A DNA stretch of 64,000 bases from Vicinamibacteria bacterium (GTDB lineage Bacteria > Acidobacteriota > Vicinamibacteria > Fen-336), in the NCBI GenBank assembly GCA_041481445.1, contig JBGPBV010000004.1:16531-80530 (forward strand). The letters run 5' to 3'. This document shows positions 1 to 9,829 of the stretch, one piece after another. A program made the position numbers and the translations under genes. The notes beneath the pieces are model-generated. The model had not been told where the DNA came from, ran no database searches, and worked only from the letters and a program-made list of their open reading frames with translations. Each line of letters opens with the position of its first letter. The stretch's first letter is position 1.

Positions 1-510
1 CGCGCGGCGGCCGCGCGGCTGCGCGGGGCGGGGATCGAAGTCGCGCTGTTCCTCCAGTTCGGCTACCCGGGCGAGGGCTGGACGGAGATCGAGGACACGC
101 TCGCCCTCGTGCGCGAGTGCGAGCCGGACGACATCGGGATCTCGGTGTCCTATCCGATGCCGGGCACGAAGTTCCACGAGCGCGTGGGGGCCCAGCTCGG
201 CCCCAAGCGCAACTGGCTCGACTCCGACGACCTGGACATGATGTACGAGGGCGCGTTCACGACCCGGTTCTACCGCCAGCTTCACCGCGTGGCGCACAAG
301 GAATTCCGCCTCGCCCGCCTGGCCCGTCGCTGGCGGGAGGGGGCGCGGCCGCCCCTGGGCCAATCCGCGGCGACCCTGCTCCGTTCGGCCTCCCTGCCGC
401 TGGATCGCGCGCGGCTCTTCTGGCTGGGGCGGGGCCGCGGCGCGCGTCCCGCCCTCCCCGTCGATCTCGGGCGGGCGGCGGCGGCGCGGCCGGCCGTGCC
501 GCCCGACTGA
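1..510 (+). CDS. radical SAM enzyme, C-terminal part (5' end lies upstream of window)
   Basis: Frame 1 is open from base 1. The translation ...ALFLQFGYPGEGWTEIEDTLALVRECEPDDIGISVSYPMPGTKFHERV... looks like the C-terminal half of B12-binding-class radical SAM proteins. Stop at 508-510. Confidence 0.75.
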   Translation, partial: RAAAARLRGAGIEVALFLQFGYPGEGWTEIEDTLALVRECEPDDIGISVSYPMPGTKFHERVGAQLGPKRNWLDSDDLDMMYEGAFTTRFYRQLHRVAHKEFRLARLARRWREGARPPLGQSAATLLRSASLPLDRARLFWLGRGRGARPALPVDLGRAAAARPAVPPD

Positions 511-514
511 CCTC

Positions 515-1918
515 GTGGACCTCCTCCTCAGCCACGGCTACTTCCTCGCTGAAGACAAGAGGGAGCGGCAGGTCATGCGGCCGTATCCGCCGCTGGGCCT
601 CCTCTACCTCTCGTCGCACCTGAAGTCGCGCGGGGTGGACGTGCGCGTGTTCGACTCCACGTTCCGCACCCTCGCCGAGTACGAGGCGCTGCTGGCGCGC
701 GAGCGGCCGCCGGTGGTCGGCCTCTACTGCAACCTCATGACCAAGCGCAACGTCCTGCGCCTGGCCGCCCTCGCGCGCGCGCAGGGAGCGGCGGTGGTGC
801 TGGGCGGACCCGAGCCGCCGCACTACGCGGAGGAGTACCTCGGCCACGGCGCGGACGTGGTCGTGATCGGCGAGGGCGAGGTCACGCTGGAGGAGCTGCT
901 TCCGCGGCTGGCCGCGCGTGGGGCCGGCGGCGCGGTTGGGCCCGACTTCGCGGATGTGGATGGCCTCGCCTATCGCGACGGGCGGGGACGCGTGGTGCGC
1001 ACCCGGCCGCGCGCCCTGATCCGCGACCTCGACGCCCAGCCCCCGCCCGACCGCGACGCCATCGACCTCGCGCCCTACCTCCGGGCCTGGCGCGAGCGGC
1101 ACGGCCGCGGGTCGATCTCGATCGCCACCGCCCGCGGATGCCCGTACACGTGCCGGTGGTGCAGCCGGTCGGTCTTCGGGGAGACGCATCGCCGCCGCTC
1201 CCCCGCGCGCGTGGCGGACGAAGTGGCCGGGATCGTCGAGCGCCATCGGCCGGACATGCTGTGGTACGTCGACGACGTCTTCACCATCCACGGCGGATGG
1301 ATCCGCCAGTTCGCGGACGAGATGGAGCGGCGGAGCCTGCGCGTGCCGTTCGAGTGCATCTCGCGGGCGGAACGGATCGACGAGCCCGTGGCCGACGCCC
1401 TCGCGCGCCTGGGCTGCCTGCGCCTCTGGATCGGGTCCGAGAGCGGGTCGCAGCGCGTCCTGGACGCGATGGACCGGAGGATGACCGTCGAGCAGGTGCG
1501 GCGCGCCACTCGCCTCCTCCAGGCGCGCGGGATCGAGGTCGGCCTCTTCGTCATGCTCGGCTACGAGGGCGAGGAGGAGACGGACCTGCGGGAGACCGTC
1601 GCCCACCTCAAGGAGACGCGGGCGGACACCTTCCTGACCACCGTCGCCTATCCGATCAAGGGCACGCCGTACTACGAGGACATGGCGGCCCGGCTGGCGC
1701 GGCGCGGGCCCTGGGCGGAGTGGACCGACCGCGACCTCGACGTCCGCGGCCGCCGCTCGGGCCTGTACTACCGGTTCGCCCGGCAGTGGATGGAAGGCGA
1801 GGTCGCGCGCGACCGTCATTGGCGGGCGGGACGCGTCCTGCGCGCGGCCCGCGCCGCCACCGCCGCCGGCGCGGGACGGCTGGGGATGGCGCTCCTCGGC
1901 GGCCAGAGGGTCCGGTGA
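515..1918 (+). CDS. B12-binding-domain radical SAM protein
   Basis: GTG start 4 nt after the previous stop. N-terminal Rossmann-like segment (MRPYPPLGLLYLSSHLKSRGVDVRVFD...VVLGGPEP...VVIGEGE). Radical SAM cluster motif ARGCPYTCRWC. Confidence 0.9.
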   Translation: MDLLLSHGYFLAEDKRERQVMRPYPPLGLLYLSSHLKSRGVDVRVFDSTFRTLAEYEALLARERPPVVGLYCNLMTKRNVLRLAALARAQGAAVVLGGPEPPHYAEEYLGHGADVVVIGEGEVTLEELLPRLAARGAGGAVGPDFADVDGLAYRDGRGRVVRTRPRALIRDLDAQPPPDRDAIDLAPYLRAWRERHGRGSISIATARGCPYTCRWCSRSVFGETHRRRSPARVADEVAGIVERHRPDMLWYVDDVFTIHGGWIRQFADEMERRSLRVPFECISRAERIDEPVADALARLGCLRLWIGSESGSQRVLDAMDRRMTVEQVRRATRLLQARGIEVGLFVMLGYEGEEETDLRETVAHLKETRADTFLTTVAYPIKGTPYYEDMAARLARRGPWAEWTDRDLDVRGRRSGLYYRFARQWMEGEVARDRHWRAGRVLRAARAATAAGAGRLGMALLGGQRVR

Positions 1919-3237
1919 CGAGCGAGGCGTCTTCGGCCACGCGCGGCAGCGCCATCCGCCTGAGCGCCGAGCTGGGCAGCCGCGCGCTGGCCATGGCCAC
2001 GGTGTTCCTGCTCTCCGTGGGGCTCGGCGTGGCCGGGTTCGGGCGGTGGGCGGCGCTGGCCGGGATCGCCGCCATCGTCGCCCAGGTGGCGAACGCGGGC
2101 ACCCAGGAGCTGGCCTGCCGCGTCCTCCTGGCCGCGCGCGCCTCGCTGGGCGCGCTCCTGCGGGCGCGCGGCGTCCTCACGGCGGCGGTCCTGGCCCTGG
2201 CCGCCGGGCTCGCCCTGGCCGCCGTTGCCGGGCGCGCGCCGTCGGGCGCGCTCGTCCTCGCCGTCCTCGTGGCCGACGCCGTGATCACGGGGTGGGTGGA
2301 GTTCCTGGGGACCGTGTTGCGCGCGCGGGGGCGCCGAGGCGAGGAGGCCGTGCTCCTCCTGCTCGCGCGGGGCGGCGGCCTGGCCGCGGTGGCCCTCGCG
2401 CTGGGCGCGCGGTGGGATCTGCTGGGCGTGGCCCTGGCCCACACCGCCTCGACGGCGGTGCCCCTCGCCCTGGCCGTCGTCTTCGCCCGGCGCTCGGCGC
2501 CAGGGGACCTGAGCCCCGGCTCCGCGTCGGGCGCTTCCATGCGCGCGCTCGACGTCCTGCGCCTCTCCTGGCCCCTGGCCCTGAATTCCGGCCTCGCGCT
2601 GGCCAGCCTCCGGCTCGAGATGCTGGCGCTGCTCTATTGGCGCAGTCCCGCGGAGGCGGGCCTGTTCGCGCTGGCCCTGAAGGTGGTGGAGTCCCTCAAC
2701 GGCATCCCGGGGGCGATCAGCGCGGGGGCGCTGCCTGCCCTCACGCGGGAGGCCCTGGCCCAGGGTCCTCCGGCCGCGCGCGAGCGGACCGCGCGCACGA
2801 TCGCCCTGCTGGCCGTTCCCGGGGCCGCGCTCCTCTCGCTCCTGGCCCCGCGCCTGACCGCGGCCTGGAGCGCGTCCTACGCCCCCGCCGGCCCCTGCCT
2901 GCGCGTGCTGGCGCTGGCCCTGGTCCCGATGTTCATGAACGCGCTGCTCCTGCACTGCCTGATCGCGGCCGGACGCCCGCAGCGTCTGCCCGTCCTCACC
3001 GCGGCGCGGGTGGCCACGGCGGCGGCGATGGCCGTGCTCCTGGTGCCGCGCGCGGGGGCCATCGGGGCCGCCTCCGGCTTCCTGACCGCCGAGCTCGTGC
3101 TCTTCGCGCTGGCCGCGCGCAGCTGTGCGGCCGCCTCGTTTGCGGTGCCGCTCGCCTCCGCGCTGGGATGGGGCGCCGTCACCGCGACGATCGCCTACGC
3201 GCGCCGCCCTCACCGGCCGGCGGCAGAGGTCCAATGA
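1915..3237 (+). CDS. polytopic membrane protein, polysaccharide-biosynthesis/flippase (MOP/Wzx)-like
   Basis: GTGA overlap with the upstream stop. Ala/Leu/Gly-rich sequence with many hydrophobic helices throughout (e.g. LAMATVFLLSVGLGVAGF, LALVPMFMNALLLHCLIAAG). The family call is from overall look only. An alternative start at ATG ~1993 is possible. Confidence 0.6.
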   Translation: MTSEASSATRGSAIRLSAELGSRALAMATVFLLSVGLGVAGFGRWAALAGIAAIVAQVANAGTQELACRVLLAARASLGALLRARGVLTAAVLALAAGLALAAVAGRAPSGALVLAVLVADAVITGWVEFLGTVLRARGRRGEEAVLLLLARGGGLAAVALALGARWDLLGVALAHTASTAVPLALAVVFARRSAPGDLSPGSASGASMRALDVLRLSWPLALNSGLALASLRLEMLALLYWRSPAEAGLFALALKVVESLNGIPGAISAGALPALTREALAQGPPAARERTARTIALLAVPGAALLSLLAPRLTAAWSASYAPAGPCLRVLALALVPMFMNALLLHCLIAAGRPQRLPVLTAARVATAAAMAVLLVPRAGAIGAASGFLTAELVLFALAARSCAAASFAVPLASALGWGAVTATIAYARRPHRPAAEVQ

Positions 3238-4172
3238 GCACCTCTCTCTCGACGAGCCACGACCCCACGCGCCCCGGCCCCCGCGCGGGCGGGCGGACGG
3301 CGGAGGTCGACCGCGCGATCCTGCGCACGGTGCTCTACGCGTCGCTGTTCCAGGCGCCGGTGACCCTGGCCGAGCTCCATCGCTCGCTCATGGACGTCGG
3401 CGTGGACCGGGCGGAGATCCGCGCCCGCCTCTCCCGCCTGTTCCTGCGCGAGCGGCTCGAGATCACCGGCGAGTACGTCTACCCGCGGGGCCGGGAGGCC
3501 TGTCTCGACCTGCACCGCGAGCGCAAGCGCCGGACGCAGGCGTTGCTCGACGCGCATCGCTCGCTGCTGCGGGTGATCGCGCGTTTCCCGTTCGTCCGGC
3601 TCCTCGCCCTCTCCGGGGCCTGCGCCCACGACAACGCCACCGATTCCGACGTGGACGTGTTCCTGGTCGTCCGGCGGGGCCGGGCCTGGGCGGTGTTCCT
3701 GGTCCTCATGCTGCTGGCCAAGGCGCTCGGACGCCGGCGCACCCTCTGCGTCAACTACGTCGTCGACGAGGACGGGCTCCTGCTTCCCGAGCGCGACCTG
3801 TTCACGGCGGCCGAGATCGTCGGCCTGCGCCCCCTGGCCGGCGGCACCACCTACCTGCAGTTCGTCGAGGCCAACGCCTGGGTGGCCGAGCGGTTCCCGA
3901 ACTTCTTCTGGGCCCGGAAGGAGCTCGGGCCCGTCCCCGTGGCCGGCCCCCCGCGCTGGGTCGAGTGGATGCTCGAGCTCGGTCTCGCCCCCGCCCTGGA
4001 AGCCCTCTCGCGCCGCGTGCTGGGGCGGCGGTTCCGGCGCAAGTGGGACGGGGCGGTCGGCGTGGTCCTGGCCCCCAATCGGTTGAAGCTGCACCCGATC
4101 GACCACGGGCCCGGACTGCGCGCCGCGTTCTCGGACGTCGTGGAGCGGGCGGATGCGGACGGCTATGAGTGA
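3234..4172 (+). CDS. pol-beta-superfamily nucleotidyltransferase-like protein
   Basis: ATGA overlap with the upstream stop. Motif LSGACAHDNATDSDVDVFLVV fits the G[SG]-x(9-13)-DxD signature of the nucleotidyltransferase fold. The rest has no motif I recognise. Confidence 0.65.
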   Translation: MSTSLSTSHDPTRPGPRAGGRTAEVDRAILRTVLYASLFQAPVTLAELHRSLMDVGVDRAEIRARLSRLFLRERLEITGEYVYPRGREACLDLHRERKRRTQALLDAHRSLLRVIARFPFVRLLALSGACAHDNATDSDVDVFLVVRRGRAWAVFLVLMLLAKALGRRRTLCVNYVVDEDGLLLPERDLFTAAEIVGLRPLAGGTTYLQFVEANAWVAERFPNFFWARKELGPVPVAGPPRWVEWMLELGLAPALEALSRRVLGRRFRRKWDGAVGVVLAPNRLKLHPIDHGPGLRAAFSDVVERADADGYE

Positions 4173-5106
4173 GACGATCCTCAGCGCGGCTCCCGCTCCC
4201 GCCCCCTCCTGGCCCGGATGGTGCTGCTCCTACTGCGCGGCCCCGCTGCAGGCGGACGGCCATGGAGTGAGCTGCGCGCGCGAAGGACGCTGGTTCGCCA
4301 CCGACGACGGCGTGCATCGCCTGCTCACCCAGGAGCGGCGGCGCGAGCTGCAGCCGGCGCTCGAGGCCTACCAGCGCGTCCGGCGCGACGAGGGCTGGCG
4401 AGCCGAGCGCGGCCTGCCCGACGTGCCCGCCGGCCATCCCCACGCCGCCATCTGGATGCGCCGCGCTCGTCATTTCGGGCGCGCCCTCCGCCTGGCCGTG
4501 GAGAGGCTGGGTGGAGGACCCTGGCGCGCGCTGGACGTGGGCGCCGGCTGCTGCTGGGCCTCCGCCCGCCTGCTCGCCGCCGGCCACGCCGTGGCCGCGG
4601 TGGACGTGAACCTCGACCCCGAGGACGGCCTGCACGCGGCCGAGCGGTTCCTCGACGATCCCGCCCGCCTGCCGCGCGCGGAAGCGGACATGGAATCGCT
4701 CCCCCTGGAGCCGGCCAGCATGGACCTCGTCTTCGCCGCGGGCGTGCTCCACCACGCGGCGCGGCCGGCGCGCGCGCTGGTCGAGATGCGGCGGGTCACG
4801 CGTCGAGGCGGCCTGGTCGTGGTCCTGGACTCGCCGGTGTACCGCCGCGCCAAAGACGGCGAGACCATGGTGGCGGAGCGGGCCCAGAGGCACGAGAAGC
4901 GCTACCGCTTCGCGGCCGCGGCCTTCGGGCCCGGCTTCCTCGTCCGTTCGGAGCTGGACGCGTTGTTCCAGGGCGCGGGCTGGCGGCTGGAGGTGCACGG
5001 CTGGCCGGGGCGGCTCCGGGAGGCCGCGCGCGACCTCGTCGAGAGGGCGCGGTGGGGGAGGCCCACCGCGCGCTTCCCGATCCTGATCGGACGGCGCGAT
5101 GGCTAG
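4165..5106 (+). CDS. class I SAM-dependent methyltransferase with N-terminal Cys-rich (Trm112-like zinc-ribbon) segment
   Basis: ATG at 4165 overlaps the upstream stop (ATGAGTGA); an alternative ATG is at 4153. N-terminus is WCCSYCAAPL...GVSCAREGRWFATDDGVHRL. SAM motif I ALDVGAGCCWAS. Post-I/II motif LVFAAGVLHH. Confidence 0.8.
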   Translation: MSETILSAAPAPAPSWPGWCCSYCAAPLQADGHGVSCAREGRWFATDDGVHRLLTQERRRELQPALEAYQRVRRDEGWRAERGLPDVPAGHPHAAIWMRRARHFGRALRLAVERLGGGPWRALDVGAGCCWASARLLAAGHAVAAVDVNLDPEDGLHAAERFLDDPARLPRAEADMESLPLEPASMDLVFAAGVLHHAARPARALVEMRRVTRRGGLVVVLDSPVYRRAKDGETMVAERAQRHEKRYRFAAAAFGPGFLVRSELDALFQGAGWRLEVHGWPGRLREAARDLVERARWGRPTARFPILIGRRDG

Positions 5107-5887
5107 CTCTCTCGCTCCCGCGCCCGCCTTCGAGGCGGCGGCGGCGGACTACGACACGTCGTTCGGGCGCAACCCGGTCGGCCTCCTGTTCCGCCACGTC
5201 GTGCAGTCGCGCCTCGAGTCCCTCTTCGCCCGCGGCGCGCGCGTGCTCGACGTGGGGTGCGGGACGGGCGAGGACGCGGTGTTCCTCGCCTCGCGCGGCG
5301 TGCGCGTGGTCGGGATCGACCCCTCGCCCGCGATGATCGCGCGCGCGCGGCTCAAGGCGGGGGAGCGCGGCCTGGGCGCGGACGAGTGCCGGTTCGAGCC
5401 GCTCGCGGCCGAGGACCTCGCGGTGGCGGGCGGAGGCTTCGACGGCGCCTACTCGAACTTCGGCGCGCTCAACTGCGCGGACCTCCGCGCGGCGGGCAGC
5501 GCCCTGGCCGCCGCGCTCCGTCCGGGAGCGCCCGTGCTCCTGAGCCTGCTCGGCCCCTGGCCACTGCCCGCGGTGGTCCGCCGTCTCCTCACCGGCCTCG
5601 GCCAGCCGCGACGGGGCCGCCCGCCCCGCGTGGCCGGCCTGCCCGTGGCCGTCGCCTATCCGACGCTGGCCGAGGCGCGCCGCGCGCTCGGCCCCTCCCT
5701 CGTCTGGACGGACGCCTACGCGCTCGGCGTGCTCCTGCCCGGGCCGGAGCACGCGCCCTGGACGGCCGGGCACCCGCAGGCCTTCGGCCTCCTGGCCGCG
5801 CTGGAGCGTGGCCTCCGCCGGTGGCCGGGCCTGCGCCAGCTCGGCGACCACGTCGTCCTCGAAGGCCGCCGGAGCGACGCCCGATGA
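5099..5887 (+). CDS. class I SAM-dependent methyltransferase
   Basis: ATG overlaps the upstream TAG. Motif I is VLDVGCGTGEDAVFLASRG, followed by VVGIDPSPAMI. Confidence 0.85.
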   Translation: MASSLAPAPAFEAAAADYDTSFGRNPVGLLFRHVVQSRLESLFARGARVLDVGCGTGEDAVFLASRGVRVVGIDPSPAMIARARLKAGERGLGADECRFEPLAAEDLAVAGGGFDGAYSNFGALNCADLRAAGSALAAALRPGAPVLLSLLGPWPLPAVVRRLLTGLGQPRRGRPPRVAGLPVAVAYPTLAEARRALGPSLVWTDAYALGVLLPGPEHAPWTAGHPQAFGLLAALERGLRRWPGLRQLGDHVVLEGRRSDAR

Positions 5888-6912
5888 GGGGCGCGCGCCG
5901 CCGGCCGCCTCCATTGCGGCTCCTGGTCCTGGCCGTGTCCGACCGCTGCGACCAGCGTTGCGCGCATTGCGCGATCTGGCGCGGCGTGCCGGGCGCGGGC
6001 CCGGCCCTGACCCTCGACGACCGCATGGCGGTGGTGGAGGAAGCGATCGCCGTGGGCGTGGAGTCGGTCCTGCTCACCGGCGGCGAGCCCCTCCTCTCCG
6101 CCGACCTCTGGCCGATCGCGGAGCGCCTGCGCGCCGCGGGGGTGCGCGTCCTCCTCGCCACGAACGGCATGCAGCTCGAGCGGCACGCGGATGCGGTCGG
6201 CCGGTGGTTCGCGGAGGTCTACGTGAGCCTGGACGGCGGCTCTCCAGTGACCCACGACGGCCTGCGCGGCGCGGCCTCGTGGGAGCGCCTGCGGGCGGGG
6301 GTGGCCGCCCTGCGACGGCGCGCTCCCGCCGTGCGCGTGGTGGCCCGGTGCACGCTGCACGACGGCAACCTTCACGAGCTGGCGGAGGTGATCGCGCAGG
6401 CGCGCGCGGCCGGGTTCCACGCCGTCTCGTTCCTTCCCCTCGACGCCTCGTCCGACGCGTTCGGGGGAGATCCCGGCGCGCGCGGCGCGCTCGTCCCCGG
6501 GCCGGAGGCCGTCGCCGCCTTCGAGCGCGCGATCGCGCGCCTCGAGGCCGCGGGCCTGCTCGGCTTGGGCTTCGTCCTGGAGGACGCGGCCAAGCTGCGC
6601 CGGATCGCCCGGCACTTGCGCGCCAGCGCGGGGGCGGGCTCGTTCGAGCGGCCCGCCTGCGACGCGCCGGAATGGTCGATGGTGGTGGAGTCGGACGGCC
6701 GCGTCCGGCCCTGCTTCTTCCAGCCGGTGGTCGGGGATGCGCGCGCGGGGCTCCTGGCCCTGCGCGGCTCCGAGGTCTACGCGGACGCGCTAGGCCGGAT
6801 CGACGCGCCCAACGCGACCTGCCAGCGGTGCGTCTGTCCCAAGCGCGGGGCGCCGCCTCCGCGGGTGGAGGCCGGCGGCGGGGCCGGCCGGCTCGAGAGG
6901 GTGCTCGGGTGA
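5884..6912 (+). CDS. radical SAM protein with C-terminal auxiliary Cys cluster (SPASM/twitch-like)
   Basis: ATGA overlap. CxxxCxxC motif is SDRCDQRCAHC. GGEPLL motif present. C-terminal cysteines: RPACDAPE...GRVRPCFF...NATCQRCVCPK. Confidence 0.85.
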   Translation: MRGARRRPPPLRLLVLAVSDRCDQRCAHCAIWRGVPGAGPALTLDDRMAVVEEAIAVGVESVLLTGGEPLLSADLWPIAERLRAAGVRVLLATNGMQLERHADAVGRWFAEVYVSLDGGSPVTHDGLRGAASWERLRAGVAALRRRAPAVRVVARCTLHDGNLHELAEVIAQARAAGFHAVSFLPLDASSDAFGGDPGARGALVPGPEAVAAFERAIARLEAAGLLGLGFVLEDAAKLRRIARHLRASAGAGSFERPACDAPEWSMVVESDGRVRPCFFQPVVGDARAGLLALRGSEVYADALGRIDAPNATCQRCVCPKRGAPPPRVEAGGGAGRLERVLG

Positions 6913-8351
6913 GGTCGCGCCCGATCGTCCTCTACAACCCGCGGGGCGAGAGCCACATCCTTCCCTTGGGCCTGCTTCACGTCGGCTCCGTCCTGCCGCG
7001 CGAGCGGGTCGTGATCCTGGACGGCCGCATCGATGCCGATCCGGAAGCGCGCGTGGCCGCTCTGGCCGGCGATGCGCTGCTGCTGGGCCTCTCCGTCCTC
7101 ACCGGCGCCCCGATCCTGGACGCCGTGCGCGTCAGCCTGGCCGCCAAGCGCGCCCGCCCCGACCTGCCCGTCGTGTGGGGAGGGTGGCATCCCTCGCTCC
7201 TCCCCGAGCAGTGCCTGGCCTCCGGCCTCGTCGACGCCTGCGTGAGCGGACAAGGGGAGCGGACGCTGGCCGAGGTGGTGGAGGCCGTCGAGGCCGGCCG
7301 CGACTTCCAGTCCATCCCTGGGCTCGTGTGGCGCCGGGACGGGGAGGTCGTGCGCAATCCCCCGCGGCCGTTCGAGGACGTCAATCGCTTCCCGCCCACC
7401 GACTTCGATCTGGTCCAGCTCGAGCGGTACTTCCGCTTCCGGGGCGTGCGGCGCCTCGACTACTGCTCGAGCCAGGGGTGCCCGTTCCAGTGCTCGTTCT
7501 GCGCCGACCCGATGGTGTACCGGCAGCGCTGGAGCGGCCTCCGGGCGGAGCGCGTGGTCGGGGAGATCGCGGAGCACGCGCGCCGTCATCGGCTGGCCGA
7601 GGTCTTCTTCAACGACGACAACTTCTTCACCGACCTCCGGCGCACGGAGGCGGTCTGCCGCGGGCTGCTGGCCGAAGGTGTCCGCCTGCGCTGGTTCGGC
7701 ACCGGGCGGGCCGACCTGCTGCGCCGGCTCAGCGAGGAGCAGCTCGGCCTCATGCGCGAGAGCGGCTGCTACAAGGTCAACGTCGGCGCGGAGAGCGGCA
7801 GCCCGGAGCTGCTCAAGGCGATCAAGAAAGGCACGCTGGTGGAGGAGGTGCTGGAGACGGCGGAGAAGCTGCACCGGTACGGCATCGGGGCCCGCTTCTC
7901 CTTCATCGCCGGCTTCCCCCAGGAGCCGCCGGAGAGCCTGCAGGAGACCTATCGCGCCGTGAAGGCGCTGCGCGAGATCGACGGGGAGTTCGAGACCCCG
8001 ATCTACTTCTACGCGCCCTACCCGGGCACCGAGCTGGCCGCGCGCATGCCCGCGCTGGGTTTCACGCCGCCGGTGAGCCTGCGCGACTGGGAACGCGTGG
8101 ACCTCGACCACTCGATCGGGCCCTGGATCGGGGACGGCGTGCGCAAATGGGTCCCGCGCTACAACTTCTACCTGCGCCACGGGTACCAGCGGCCGCGGCG
8201 CGGCCTGGGCCGGCGCCTGCTGCACGCCGTGGCCCGCCTGCGCGTCAAGGCCGACTACTACCGCTTCGACGTCGAGCGGCGCGTGGTCGGGCTGCTCAAA
8301 CGGCTGGCCGCGGGCGTCGAACGGCAGCAGCCGGCCATCGCGGAGGACTGA
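6909..8351 (+). CDS. B12-binding-domain radical SAM protein (paralog 1 of tandem trio)
   Basis: GTGA overlap. Motifs IVLYNPRGES, VVWGGWHPSLLPEQ, VSGQGERT, SSQGCPFQCSFCAD, FNDDNFF. 480 aa. Confidence 0.9.
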   Translation: MRSRPIVLYNPRGESHILPLGLLHVGSVLPRERVVILDGRIDADPEARVAALAGDALLLGLSVLTGAPILDAVRVSLAAKRARPDLPVVWGGWHPSLLPEQCLASGLVDACVSGQGERTLAEVVEAVEAGRDFQSIPGLVWRRDGEVVRNPPRPFEDVNRFPPTDFDLVQLERYFRFRGVRRLDYCSSQGCPFQCSFCADPMVYRQRWSGLRAERVVGEIAEHARRHRLAEVFFNDDNFFTDLRRTEAVCRGLLAEGVRLRWFGTGRADLLRRLSEEQLGLMRESGCYKVNVGAESGSPELLKAIKKGTLVEEVLETAEKLHRYGIGARFSFIAGFPQEPPESLQETYRAVKALREIDGEFETPIYFYAPYPGTELAARMPALGFTPPVSLRDWERVDLDHSIGPWIGDGVRKWVPRYNFYLRHGYQRPRRGLGRRLLHAVARLRVKADYYRFDVERRVVGLLKRLAAGVERQQPAIAED

Positions 8352-8356
8352 ACCTC

Positions 8357-9829
8357 ATGAAGCCCAGGGTGGTGCTCTTCTTCCCGTCGTACTACTCGGA
8401 CGAGGCGGCCCCGCCCCTCGCCCTCATCCACCTCGCCGCGCCCCTCGTCGCGAGCGGCTACGACGTCACGATCGTGGACTCCGCGATCACCCCGGACCCG
8501 GTCGAGGCCGTGGTCGCCGCCGGCGACGGCGCGCTGTGCCTGGGGATCAGCATGGTGACGGGGCCGATGATCACGGACGCGGTGACGGTGGCGCGGGCCG
8601 TCCGCGCCCGGCATCCGCGCCTCCCCATCGTGGCCGGAGGCTGGCATCCGTCGATCCTGCCCGAGCAGACCCTGCGCTCTCCGATCGTGGACGTCGTGGT
8701 GAAGGGCCAGGGTGAGATCACCTTCGGGGAGATCGTGGACCGTTATGCCGCGGGCGAGGCCGACCTGGACGGCATCGCGGGTTGCCTCTACAAGAAGGAC
8801 GGGCGCGTGGTCTGGAACCCCGACCGGGGCTACACCGACATCAACGCGCTGCCCGCCCGCCCGTTCCACCTGGTGGACTTCGAGGCGTACGCGCGCAAGT
8901 GCCACGGCCTGCGCTGGATCCTCTACTGCACGTCCCACGGCTGCCCCTGGGACTGCTCGTACTGCTCGAACGCGTCCGTCTACGGCCGGAACTGGAAGCC
9001 GCTGGCACCCGCGGCCGCGGTGGCGGAGATGGTCCTTCTGGCCCGCCGCTACCGGCTCGACACCATCGACATCATCGACGACAACTACCTCGTCCGGCGC
9101 GACCGCGCGATGGAGATCGCGGAGGGCCTCCTGCGGGAGGGGACGAAGTTCGGCTACTTCATCCAGACCCGGACCGACCAGATCGATCGGCTCTCCGACG
9201 GCGAGCTGGACCTCCTGGCCCGGAGCGGCCTGACCCGGATCTTCTTCGGGCTGGAGTCCGGGTCCGCGAAGGTGCTGAAGTCGGTCAACAAGCGCCTCGA
9301 CCTCGCCACCGGCTATCGCACCGCCGAGCGGTGCTATCGCGCGGGCATCCAGACCTCGTTCAACCTGATCTTCGGCCTGCCCGACGAGGAGCCGGAGGAC
9401 GTGCGCGAGACCCTGGCCATGGTGGACGAGATCGGGCGGCGCAACCCGGAGGCGGCGTTCTTCACGAACATCTTCTCGCCCTATCCGGGATCGCCGATCT
9501 TCCCGGAGGCGGTGCGCCGAGGGGTGAGCGAGCCGCAGACGCTCGAGGACTGGGCGGTCTTCTATCCGAAGATCCAGGTCCTTCCCTGGCTCCAGGGCGC
9601 GCGGCACGCCCGCGTCCAGCGCATCCGCGACTACATCCGGATCGGCTACTCGGCCCGGCACATGGTCGTCCACCGGCCGCACGGCCCGAGGGCGGCCGCG
9701 CGCCGGGTGCTCCAGCGCCTCGCCCGCTGGCGGCTGCGCACGATGAAGGTGCAGTGGCCGGTCGAGGTGTGGGCCCTGAAGGCCTGGCACCAGCTCAAGG
9801 AGTGGCGGCAGCCCGCCCTCATCAATTGA
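8357..9829 (+). CDS. B12-binding-domain radical SAM protein (paralog 2)
   Basis: ATG 5 nt after the previous stop. Motifs VVLFFPSYYS, IVAGGWHPSILPEQ, VKGQGEIT, TSHGCPWDCSYCSN, IIDDNYL. 490 aa. Confidence 0.9.
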   Translation: MKPRVVLFFPSYYSDEAAPPLALIHLAAPLVASGYDVTIVDSAITPDPVEAVVAAGDGALCLGISMVTGPMITDAVTVARAVRARHPRLPIVAGGWHPSILPEQTLRSPIVDVVVKGQGEITFGEIVDRYAAGEADLDGIAGCLYKKDGRVVWNPDRGYTDINALPARPFHLVDFEAYARKCHGLRWILYCTSHGCPWDCSYCSNASVYGRNWKPLAPAAAVAEMVLLARRYRLDTIDIIDDNYLVRRDRAMEIAEGLLREGTKFGYFIQTRTDQIDRLSDGELDLLARSGLTRIFFGLESGSAKVLKSVNKRLDLATGYRTAERCYRAGIQTSFNLIFGLPDEEPEDVRETLAMVDEIGRRNPEAAFFTNIFSPYPGSPIFPEAVRRGVSEPQTLEDWAVFYPKIQVLPWLQGARHARVQRIRDYIRIGYSARHMVVHRPHGPRAAARRVLQRLARWRLRTMKVQWPVEVWALKAWHQLKEWRQPALIN